In this document: piece after piece, positions 10,180 to 21,047 of the stretch | Layout of the letters: each line of letters begins with the position of its first letter | How positions within the stretch are numbered: the first letter of the stretch is position 1 | NCBI GenBank assembly: GCA_043228905.1 | Contig: JBHGNT010000017.1 | Span: forward strand, 10,416,001-10,480,000 | Length of the DNA: 64,000 bases | Source of the DNA: Azolla caroliniana | Taxonomy: Eukaryota > Plantae > Polypodiophyta | Direction of reading: 5' to 3' | Made by a program: the position numbers and the translations under genes | Notes under the pieces: model-generated | Database searches by the model: none | The model's input: only the letters and a program-made list of their open reading frames with translations | Told to the model about the DNA's origin: nothing

Positions 10180-13100
10180 TTAAAAATAATAGCGTGTGTG
10201 GAAGCGTACGCGAAACACAGAGTACACAGTTTGGAGAACTCAAAAAACACAGAGATGGAGATGGAGATGGAGAGAGAGAGGCAGAGAGAGCAGACAACTC
10301 AGTTCTATTTCAAAATAATGACCCTCTGTACATACACCGTGCTTAGTGAGCACCTTTTATACAAGCCTTGACAATCAGGCTGACACAAGTACTGACAGTA
10401 CTTGACTGCTCATAAAAGAGCCTCGACACTCACTCCCAAAATTATTCCTTACGAGGAATATCTCTCTAATGGCGTTTCGGTTTACACACCGATACGGCCA
10501 GGTTGTGCATACTAACTTACGCGTCCAGTCTACGCACTGGGTTACGCGACATATTACGCACCCAATGTTGAGCTTGTCACTTAACACTCCCCCTCAAGCT
10601 CAACTTGAGGTTCGCCTTGCTCTTCCGGATCTACACTCTGGTCCCTTCTAGCTTTACGCCTCGCTCGCGCTCCTCGACCTGTTCGATTCCGCGCGCTTCA
10701 ACCCTTTCGGTCGGCTTGTCTACTCGTTCGGCCCTTCTCAGCTCCCTTGTTGTTGCGATGTCGGCGCGTCCTTCGCCGCCCTTTTCTCCGCATGACCTTT
10801 AGTTGATTCGTCGTATCCGAATCGAACATTCTGATTGAATCGAACACTTCCGATTCAATTCTGCTTTCATTTGAATTGGTTGTCTCCAATTTGTCTTCAG
10901 TCTTTAGGCCTTTGACTACATCAGACCACGTATTGGTCTTGGCCTTTACGCCCTTCTTGGTTGTATCTCCCCATGATTTGGCTATCCTCGGCTCTTTCTT
11001 ATGCTTACGGCCCTTACTTCCGTCTTCGGCTTCTTTAGTCGGTTCGAAGTCGAATTCTCCATCCGACTCCGCATCTCGATCACTTCCGCCGTGATGCATA
11101 CTTCTGCTCCTTTCACGCTCTTGTCTCTATTCTTCCTTTCTCCCCCTCAAGTGCGGCGTGTCGAGGTGTCGCAACCCAAGTGCACCCGAGAAATTCCGTA
11201 ACTTGTCGAGACCAAGAGGTTTTGTGAAGATGTCGGCAATCTTCCGATCAGTCGAAACATGCACCAATTCAACTTCTCCTGAAAGGACCCGCTCGCGGAC
11301 AAAATGGTAATGCACCTCAATGTGCTTGGTCCAGGCGTGAAAAAAGGGGGTTCTTCGTAAGGTGGATACTACTGAGGTTGTCGCAAAATATCGTTGTCGG
11401 ATCAGACACCTCTACCTGCAGATCCCATAATAGCCGTTTCAGCCAAATGACTTCACACGTAGCGACAGTCGCCCCTCGATATTCGGCCTCCGTGCTCGAC
11501 AATGCTACTGTCGGATGCTTTTTGCTACTCCACGCGATCGCCGCACTTCCTAACAAGAATGCGTATCCATATGTGGATCGACGATCGTTGGCGTTTCCGG
11601 ATCAATCGGCATCTGTGTAGCCGACTAACTGTTCGGCTATGCCTGCTTGATAAAACAACGCCATGTCTTTCGTGCCGCTTACATATTGCAATATCCTTTG
11701 CGCGCACTGAAAGTGTTCAGCCGTAGTCTGCGACATGAATTGACTGATCATGCCTACCAAGTAACTAAGGTCCGGCCGAGTGATCATCAAATACATGAGG
11801 CTTCCGACAATTTGTCGAAACTGTGTCGGGTCGTACGCCTTGCTCAAATCTGGGCGAAGCTTCACGTTTCTATCCAGAGGTGTCGAGATGGGCTTATAGT
11901 TTGCCATCCCGAACTTGAAGAGCATATTCAGCACGTAATGACGTTGGCTGATCAATATGCCATCGAGGGTACGGATCACTTTGATCCCGAGGAAGTAGTG
12001 AAGGTCTCCGAGATCCTTCATTTCAAATGATGCCGCAAGCTGAGACTTCATGCGGCGGATTTCGTCAAGGTCAGCACCGGCGATGACTAAATCATCAACG
12101 TACAAGAGTAGGTTGACCGGTCCATATTGTCCTTGCCGAACAAATAGAGAAGAGTCTGACTTCGACGGCGCAAACCCCATCCTACGTAGTTGTTGCGTAA
12201 GCTTCGTTCCAGGCTCACGGGGCTTGCTTAAGTCCGACCAATAACTTCTTCAATCGGCAAACTGCCGAGGTGTTTTGTTTGGATAGAAATCCAGGGGGTT
12301 GTACCATGTACACTTGCTCCTCAAGATCACCTTGCAAGAACGCGTTCTTTACATCCATCTGATGTAAATGCCACCCCTTTGTCGCGGCTACGACTAGTAG
12401 GACTCGCACAGCAGTCATCTTCACGACAGGCGCGAAGGTCTCATCATAGTCCACACCGTGCTTCTACGCGTAGCCTTTTGCTACTAAATGGGCCTTGTAG
12501 TGGTTGATGGAGCCGTCCGTGTTGTGTTTCACTTTATACACCCATCGGCAGCCGATCGGCTTCACACCATTCGGTGCGTCAACCAGGTCCCATGTCTTGT
12601 TCTGCGTTAAGGCACACATCTCTTCCTCCATTGCGGCATGCCAATTTGCGTTCTTCGCCACTTCTGCGTAGCTCTCCGGCTCACGCATTTCCGCCACTCG
12701 CGTCATGTACGCATAATGGTGCGCCATGTACTCATTATACCCGTATCTCTTTACGGGGTTCTTCTGGCGGGTAGATCGGCGTAATTTGTGATTACCCGAT
12801 TTCGTGACCTTTTCGGTCGATTTCGACCTCTTCCGTGGAGGTTCCTTCTTGACTGGCTCGAGGTCAGATTTGCTTCAAATTGACTCGGCACTACCGAAAT
12901 CGTCTCCTCGGTTCTTTACGCGGGGACATCACGGCCGAGTCTCCACTACTCACCATCTCATCATCTGGGTGGTCATCTCGGCCCAACACCTCATTTGGCC
13001 TGCTTAGCCGAAATGAGATCGGACTCTCTGTCAGAGCTCCGATTTCTTCATCGTGCAGAGGCATTTCAGCCTCACTGATTTCTTCTTCAGAAATCGGATT

Positions 13101-15902
13101 GGAGGTGAGGTCCGGAGGCAAGTACCAAGACACGTACTCGTCAAACACAACATCGCGGCGCACGCGCGCTTGTTTGGTGCATGGGTTATAACACCTATAA
13201 CCCTTCTGCTCATCCGAATAGCCGACGAAGATACACTTCTCGGCTTTTGCGTCCAACTTCCTCAGTTTCTCCTTCGGCACGTGCACATGCGCGATGCTGC
13301 CGAAAATCCTCAAGTGTGCCAAGTTCGGCTTCTTCCTGAAGTACAGCTCATGTGGCGACACTCTTCCATCAGCAGAAGTTCAATTCTACAGGTAGACGGT
13401 CATCTTTACGACTTCAGCCCAATAGAATTTTGGCATATGCTTCTCTTCAAGCATTGCCTTGGCCGCTTCTTCAATTGTCCGATTCTTCCGCTCGGCTACG
13501 TCGTTCTGCTCTGACGTATATCTACATGAGAATTCGTGTCGAATTCCCTCCTTCCGTAGATAACATGTGAATTGGTCGAAGAAGTACTCCTTCCTGCCAT
13601 CGGACCCTAGGCATTTGATTTTACGCCCTGTTTCCCTTTCCGCGAGGCTCTTCACCTTCAAGAAACATGTGAAAACTTCGCTCTTCTTTGTGATTGTGCA
13701 TGCCCACATTTGCCAAGTGAAATCATCGATGAAGTTTACAAAGTAACGGCTTCCACCGAGACTCGCATTATGTGCCAGACCCCACACATTTGAATGGATC
13801 AAATCCAGCGGACTTCGACTACTATTACGCTCATTGGGGAATGGAAGTCGGTGTTGTTTTCCCATCTGACAGGCTTCGCAAACTTGGCCATTCTGGCCAT
13901 AAAATTTCGGCAACCCGAAAACAATGTTCTTCGTCTGCATTTCACGAAGCCGTGGGAAATTCACATGGCTGAACCGCTTCTGCCACATGTCGATATCTGA
14001 CTCGACCTTTTGTCCTTTCGCGTACAAAGCGGTTCCGGTTTGATTAGTGTTGAGGATAAACATCCTCCCTTCACGGCGCCCTTGCGCGATTACTTTGCCT
14101 TCCTCTTCTATGAAGCAGCCGAGATGCGTGAATTGAACTTGCATACCTTGGTCGATGATCTGATCGACTGAAACCAAGTTCTTCGTTATTGTCGGGACGT
14201 GCAACACGTTCATAAGCTTCCCTTTCTACCTGACATGGCTGAGGGGAACTTCGCCGACATGTTGGATGGTATGCGGGGTATCATCTCCTGTTTCGACAAC
14301 CCCTCGTGACTCTGGCTTCTCCAAGTATGAGAACCATTCCTCGTGGCTTGTCATATGATTTGATGCTCTGGAATCCACATACCACACCTCGCTCGATTTC
14401 GGGGTGTTCACGGCCATTGAATTGGCTTTATGCTTGATTACAAAGGCAGGGCCCGCTCCATTTCCAGCTCGTTCAGAGCCTTCTGCATAGTGCGATCTCT
14501 GACACCTCTCTGCGTCTCTTCGGCTCAATTCGGCTTTGTCCGAATCGCCTCTCTTTTTCCAGCACTCGCTCTCCCTGTGGCCTTTCTTGCCACAATACCA
14601 GCATTCCGGCGCGGTCTTCTCTTGCCGTCTTCCGGCGCCGCCATGACTCCCCCTGCTTGCGGAGGGTTCGGAATTGCTTCCGGCATCTCGACTATGCCAT
14701 ACATTTTGCTCCTTTTGGCCGCCTCCATTGCGCGCCAATCCACCTCGTCCACCACAACCACGGGACCTATCATCCTCCGTGTAAAGCATCTTGCCATTGG
14801 CGTGCGCACTCATCAACGCACCCACATGGTTTTCTTCTACGAGCAACATTGATTGAAGCTCGAAAAACGAAGGTGTAATCTCCTTCGTGCAGACTGCCAT
14901 TCAGAAAGGCCCGAACTTTGACGCCAAGACACCAAGACAAACTTGCACCATTTCATCTTCCTCAACGTTCACGTTGATGGAGGCGAGAGAGTCGCAGATT
15001 TCTTTGATCTTGGTAGTGTAATCAGCCACCGACATATCTCTTTGTTGTACATTGTTGAGCTCCTATCTGAGTTGCAGCTTCCTGGCCGTTGTGCTAGCGG
15101 CGAAAATCCTTTTGAGATTCGCCTAGGTGTCCTTCGGCATCTTGGCATCCCGAATATAGCTCAAAAGTTGATCGCTCACACAGGACACAAGCAGTACAAC
15201 ACTCTGCTTGCCGCTTGTTCCCAATCCGGATAGTCCCTATGTGTCGAGTCGGGTGGCACATCATTTGCTCCTTCGACATAACTCCAGTAGCCATGGCCGA
15301 GCAGGTATTGGTGCATCTTGTAAGACCAAGATGCATAGTTGCTTCTGTGAAGCTTTTGAGTCAGAAGTGAGCTTCCCATTCCTCTGTCCATATTGTTGTC
15401 TTTTTCTTTTCCGAACACGAACAACTTCAATTCTGTTTCGTCACAAACTTTTCTTGTTGGCTGCAGAGGTTCTCAAGCCTCGCGCTCTGATACCATGAAA
15501 AAGAATAGCGTGTGCAGAAGCATATGCGAAACACAAAGTACACAGTTTGAAGAACTCAGAAAACACAGAGATGGAGATGGAGATGGAGAGAGAGAGATAG
15601 AGAGAGCAGACAACTCAGTTCTATTTCAAAATAATGACGCTCTGTACATACACCGTGCTCAATGAGCACCTTTTATACAAGCCCTGACACTTGGGCTGAC
15701 ACAAGTACTGACAGTACTTGACTGCTCATAAATGAGCCTCGACACTCACTCCCAAAATTATTCCTTACGAGGAATATCTCTCTAACGACCTTTCGGTTTA
15801 CGCACCGATACGGCCGGGTTGTGCGTACTAACTTACGCGTCCAGTCTACATACTGGGTTACGCGCCATATTACGCACCCAATGTTGAGGTTGTCACTCAA
15901 CA
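10180..15902 (-). mobile_element. Full-length Ty1/copia retrotransposon (C1), degenerate
   Basis: LTRs 10180-10586 and 15496-15902; TSD CTCCT/CTCCC; tRNA-iMet PBS TGGTATCAGAGC (15484-15495, minus); PPT 10587-10598; order gag-CCHC-protease-integrase-RT(YVDD)-RNase H. Confidence 0.95.
10600..15391 (-). pseudogene. Copia C1 gag-pol polyprotein with stops and frameshifts
   Basis: [61 protein letters not shown], spread over ORF fragments. Confidence 0.92.
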
Positions 15903-16121
15903 CTCCCAACCTCACAAAAAGGCGATTCGAGCCATTTCTCTATACATAATAGAGAATCTCATCACACACACACTCTCTCTCACTCTCTCTCTCTCTCTCT
16001 TGAAAGAAAAATGTTGAGTCTTGAAGCAGAAAAAGAGATTTTGGTGAAGGCAAATGCTGACATAAAATCTACAATTTAAGGGAAGGAAGATGTGATCATG
16101 ACAAGGTGGTAAGATGTTCTC

Positions 16122-16480
16122 TTGAAAGAAACACCGAAAATAACGCAAAGGCATTCTAATACCATGGATGTGTTAGATGCAAAGGAGCAATATGAAATCA
16201 AAAGAAGAAAGAATAATATTGTCATTAGAGGTATGCAAGAGAATGAAATAGAGAATGCATTATCTCTTGGAGAGAATATTATGAAATTCTTTGAAGATCA
16301 CTTTGCTATGCGAGATGTTATTGTATATGCCACACGTAGAGTTGGAAAAAAGCAACTAGAGGGAAAGTCATCTCGAGCTATTGTTTGTACAATCCTTGAT
16401 GAACGTAAAAGGGTAATGATTCTAGATAGTAGTAAGGTGTACTTAAAAGGAACAAGTTTTTTTGTAACGGAGAACACGTC
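16122..16480 (+). pseudogene. LINE ORF1-like fragment
   Basis: RRKNNIVIRGMQE...RRVGKK...SRAIVC...LKGTSFFVTE resembles the RRM/C-terminal part of non-LTR ORF1 proteins; truncated after FVTE. Confidence 0.55.
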
Positions 16481-16840
16481 TGTGTTCACAAGTGAAAGGA
16501 TCGCGCATAAATGGAAGGACAAGGAAATGTTTGGTTGATTTTAGGGCTTTTTCAATGATTTTACAAAACACATTGATACCAGTATCATACATGTTCAAAC
16601 ATACTATGAAAAAGGTTAAAAATCCACTATTTTCATGATTTAGAAATAACTAAAAGAAGAGGAATTTCAAAAAGTTACATTCTCGATTTATATCACAAAC
16701 TTTACAACCAATGTTATTTTATAAGAAACGATTTTTTAGAAATCATAAGAATTCAAAACACATGCTTTTATATTACTCAATTTGTTACAAGCGGAATGTA
16801 GTTACACTTAATAGCCAAATATACATTCGTGATCACTCCT

Positions 16841-19602
16841 TTATGGAGAATCACTACTATAACTAATATACAATGATGATTCCTCCTCGTCATCCTCGGA
16901 TGTACCAATCAATGCATTATCTTCGTCATTATCTTCAGATGTAGCAAATCTCATTTGCCTTTGACTCGAGCCACCCTATAGACCTGGTAATTTTTCTTTT
17001 ATTATATCTATTGTTGACTTCCTTAATCATCCGTCTTTTGTAAGTGTGAAGTCGTACACGATGATATCCACATCAGAGATATAAAGGGTCGAGGTGTTAC
17101 GAATGTTTCGCTTCCTTTTCCTACCTTCCCTTGTTGTTGGGCATTCAATCATCTCCAATGTATACTTACCTGTAAAAGCATTTGCACTTGTAGTGTTGTA
17201 CCAATGAACGTTTATAGACTTCATCGTGTTTTCTATTTCATGCATTAGCACTTCTAGAATTTTACCAACCCAAAATTGGTGGCCATGTGAGTTCTCATCA
17301 GTCGGCATTGCAATCAACATCCCCGTCGTGAGCTCTTGCAAATTGCCTTGCCATCTAGCTTCGGCTGCTTTGGTCATCCTTGGTCACACATAAATGTCTC
17401 TTTGTTGTGGATAGACCAAACTTTCATTAATTGGATTTGCTGGTTTCTTCGGAGTTCTATTTACATGATCATGTTGCAGCGACCATGTGAATGGCATTTC
17501 CAAATTCCAATTATCACCAAATACACAATTGTCTATAATTCCTTTCTGATCACTATAAAATACATCCCACCATGACGTGTCTTGTTGTGGGGCATATTTC
17601 TTGGCGGCCTCAATATGCTTTCTTTTCTCTTCTAAGGCTTGGAGCCATAACCGTTTTTGTTCCGATACCAAGTCAGTCTGCAACTGTCCTTTCTTTTCAA
17701 TTGGCATTTGCTTAGCTCCATGGACAATTGTACTCGGCATCCAAAGTAATAACTGGCAACCACCTTCAGGTTCCCATGTTGTAGAAGATGAATATTGTTT
17801 AGCATACAAAAGTGTAGAACCACTTATTTCATTTTTCTTTATCATAAAAATGTGATTGAAGCTTATATTGTTTAACTGGGCAAGCACTTTAACATTCCCA
17901 ACACCCCCATCTGATATATATCTCTTAAAGTCATATACCTCCTTCAAGTGTAACACTTTTGGGCGTGGTGAATATGCATCACAAATGACATCAAATAGTT
18001 TAGGTAATGTGAAAGCATCATGTCGAGACAACTGTCTAGAGAATGTGCTAAACATCTTATCTATATGATCATGTGTGTGGCCAACCAAAAGAAAATTGAC
18101 TTTCACTTTCCTAAACAATCCTTGGTTGACCAACATACTTAGATAGCCAAACACAGTTGAATTTTTGTTCTCTCTAGCAGTATTGTCCAATTGAATTTAT
18201 AGAATAGGGGGGAAATTTTGGCCCCAAGACATCAAAACTTGGTGAATCATTGTAATTGTTAGGTAGGGTCATTGTGAACATTGGGGTATGTAATGAAGAC
18301 GTGAGGTCCAACAGACCTATTATAAGCCAAGCATCCCACCAAGTGCATTTGAACAAGGCACTCATCATTGACATATTTGGGGAGCCTCCGCGGCAAGCAC
18401 GTCTTCTTCTAGTCCATGCCATCTATCATTAAGCCCATGTATTGTTCGGGCCTCTTCAAACACTTCTCTCTATGATGCATCGCCTTCTTTCGTTCTAATG
18501 ATTGTGCCTCACGATGCTCTTGTAGTAACTTCTTACTCATATCCTTTTCCATTGATGTCTTTGCACCTTTAGCCAAACTTTTAAGATTTGCACAAATGGA
18601 GCAATACCCCATGCGTACTTTACGTGGAATGATAACATTTGCAAACCGAGCTCTCCATAATCTTGTAAATTGGCTATATGTGACTGACTTATTACGTGAG
18701 CCCACCATATCAGATCGATAGACATCATAAACTTCTCGACATGTGTAATTATCAAAAAGGTGCATCCTACCTGTAGTGGGCATTACTTCACAATTTAATT
18801 GAAAGCAACTTTTCATCCAACCAATAGCATGTCTTCCAATTGCACATTTCATACTTGGAACCTCTTTACAATTGAGGATCTGATCCCCGCTAAGTAGACG
18901 TTGTTGTACTCTATGTAGCCGCATGTTACTAACACATAACGCAATTTTGAATGCAACTCTACATATCTGTTGCGCATGGAAGATATAATACTCGAATGAT
19001 ACTTTGATCCCCGTACATTTGTCAGATACTAGTTGCATATGTGACCCGAGGTAAGTGTCTTGCTCATCCCCAGTCATCGAAAAATAGTATCGCCTTAATT
19101 CTCGCAACTTTGATTTTCCAATCATAGACATACAACCACAGGCACACCATATTTTTTTCACATCAAATCCAATCTGCTTATCTGATGTCACCAAGTTAAA
19201 TCTAGCCAGACGAATTCTTTGTGGGATTCTTCTAATATGCATAGGGCTTCCAGATTTGTCTTCCTGCATAGAAGTTGGTGTAATCTTGTTACTATCCAAT
19301 TCTTTGTTGTGACCATCGCCCCTGATATTCGATGTTTCATTGGCACTACCTTCATTCTTCGTATCTTTATTAATATCGTATTCTTCAATAGAGAACTCTT
19401 CACATGTGTCATTATTCACATTCGTTATAGGTGAAGATGAGCTCAGACAATACTCTTCGATAGAATATGGTCAGTCTGTCGACAGACAATATTCTTCAAT
19501 AGAGAATGGTGAGTCTGTTGACAAACAATACTCTTCGGTAGAAAACGATGAGTCTGATGACAAACAATATTCTTCAATCGAGAACAGCGAATCTTCACTC
19601 AT
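16841..19602 (-). pseudogene. Sola-type (DUF7869-like) DDD transposase pseudogene
   Basis: CACGC...ICRVAF N-terminal Cys region, GYCSIC, IDGMD, QLDNTARENKN, FLLVGHTHDHIDKMFS. ORF pieces 18409-19419, 17384-18190, 17027-17377, with an acidic tail ending at the stop at 16841-16843. Putative ATG at 19602. Confidence 0.75.
19447..19593. repeat. 39-bp tandem repeat, about 3.8 copies
   Basis: Unit ACAATAYTCTTCRRTAGARAAYGRTGAGTCTGWYGACAR; on the minus strand it encodes (F/Y)S(I/T)EEYCLS(S/T)DS at the transposase N-terminus. Confidence 0.9.
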
Positions 19603-20669
19603 GGCTTAAGGTCTAGACAGAGCTCTTTAAGTTATGTGCTTAGGCTAAGGCAAAAAACTAATAAGCTCCTCTATTAGCATTTACTCCTCTCTAAACAGAA
19701 GCTCCTTCAATATAATGTCTATATTATTTAATATTATATTAATACAATACATAAAAAATATTATCCGGTTAACCGCGCTGTGCGAATTGGAAGAACACCG
19801 GCTAGCTAGCATCATGCACCTAGAACTAGAGCAGCGGCGAAGGAAGGCGTTCATGGATCCTCACCGGAAAGGGAACGAAAAGATGTTCGGAATCGGTAAG
19901 CCGGTACTAGTATTCCAAACCCAAATGGGTAAGATGCCGGGGAAGCTACGGTTTTGGTGGACCGGACCATACTGGATTACGTGTGAGTGAGTTCAATGGT
20001 TCCTACCAATTAGGGACACTCGTCGGCGAGGTTCTGGGTAAATGGGTCAATGGGTTCCGACTCAAACCATACAATGGACCCATGCCAAGAAACCCATTTG
20101 AACAAGTAAAGGCCGACACAGAACCAGACACCGGTAGGTCAAAAGAGACAGCAACACGGTTAGCAATCGGTAAGCGCGAAGCCGGTAAGAGGGAGACCGA
20201 GCCGGTAAACGACAAGAACGACGCGACGGCAAGCAATCTCGCAGCCGGCAAGTTCCACAATCCGGATAGGGGTCCAGTGGGACTGGATGCAAATTAACCA
20301 AACCATTTTTATTAAATAAATAAATAAATAAATAATCAAATCAAATCAAAGTAAATCATGCAAGGGAGAGGGGTGAACGGACACATGCAAGAACAAGGAG
20401 TGAATAGGCACTTTGAAAAAGGACATAGTGGGCTATTAATAGGGTACTAAACCGCCACCACATGGCACGACATTCTATTTTAGTACACGACGTGCACACG
20501 CACGGGTAAGAAAAATCAAGCGCCAATATGCAACAAGAAAACCCCCACCACATAGAAACCTTCACATTTCGCGAATAGAGGAGCACAAACGCAGATAGGC
20601 GATTGAAGATCAGCAGACGCGAGCCCACGCACACAGAGCCTCCTCAAACACACCCCTCACCAGCACTCA

Positions 20670-21047
20670 CCGACCTCGAAGAAGCCATGGACTGCCAAGC
20701 ACTCTCTGAAGCAGCCAAGAAGTGCCCGGGTGCTCCATGGATTTGGACATGTATACCCTCGACCCTTGTGCATGCCTCAGAACCGGGCCGGATTAATCAT
20801 AGCAACATATGAAGGCGTGAAGGTGGACTGGCCGGTACTGATTGCCGATGGCCTCTTTCCGACCTCGAAGAAGCCATGGACTGCCAAGCACTCTCTAAAG
20901 CAGCCAAGAAGTGCCCGGGTGCTCCATGGATTTGGACATGTATACCCTCGACCCCTGTGCATGCCTCAGAACCGGGCCGGATTAATCATAGCAACATATG
21001 AAGGCGTGAAGGTGGACTGGCCGGTACTGATTGCCGATGGCCTCTTT
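20670..21047. repeat. 189-bp near-perfect tandem duplication
   Basis: CCGACCTCGAAGAAGCC...GATGGCCTCTTT starts at both 20670 and 20859. Confidence 0.95.

Noticed and set aside
19447-19593. CRISPR-like array
   Set aside because: Contiguous tandem units without unique spacers, eukaryotic context, no cas genes.
16470-19763. TIRs/TSD for the Sola-type element
   Set aside because: No matching inverted termini found by eye; the right side abuts gypsy integrase sequence, probably by deletion.
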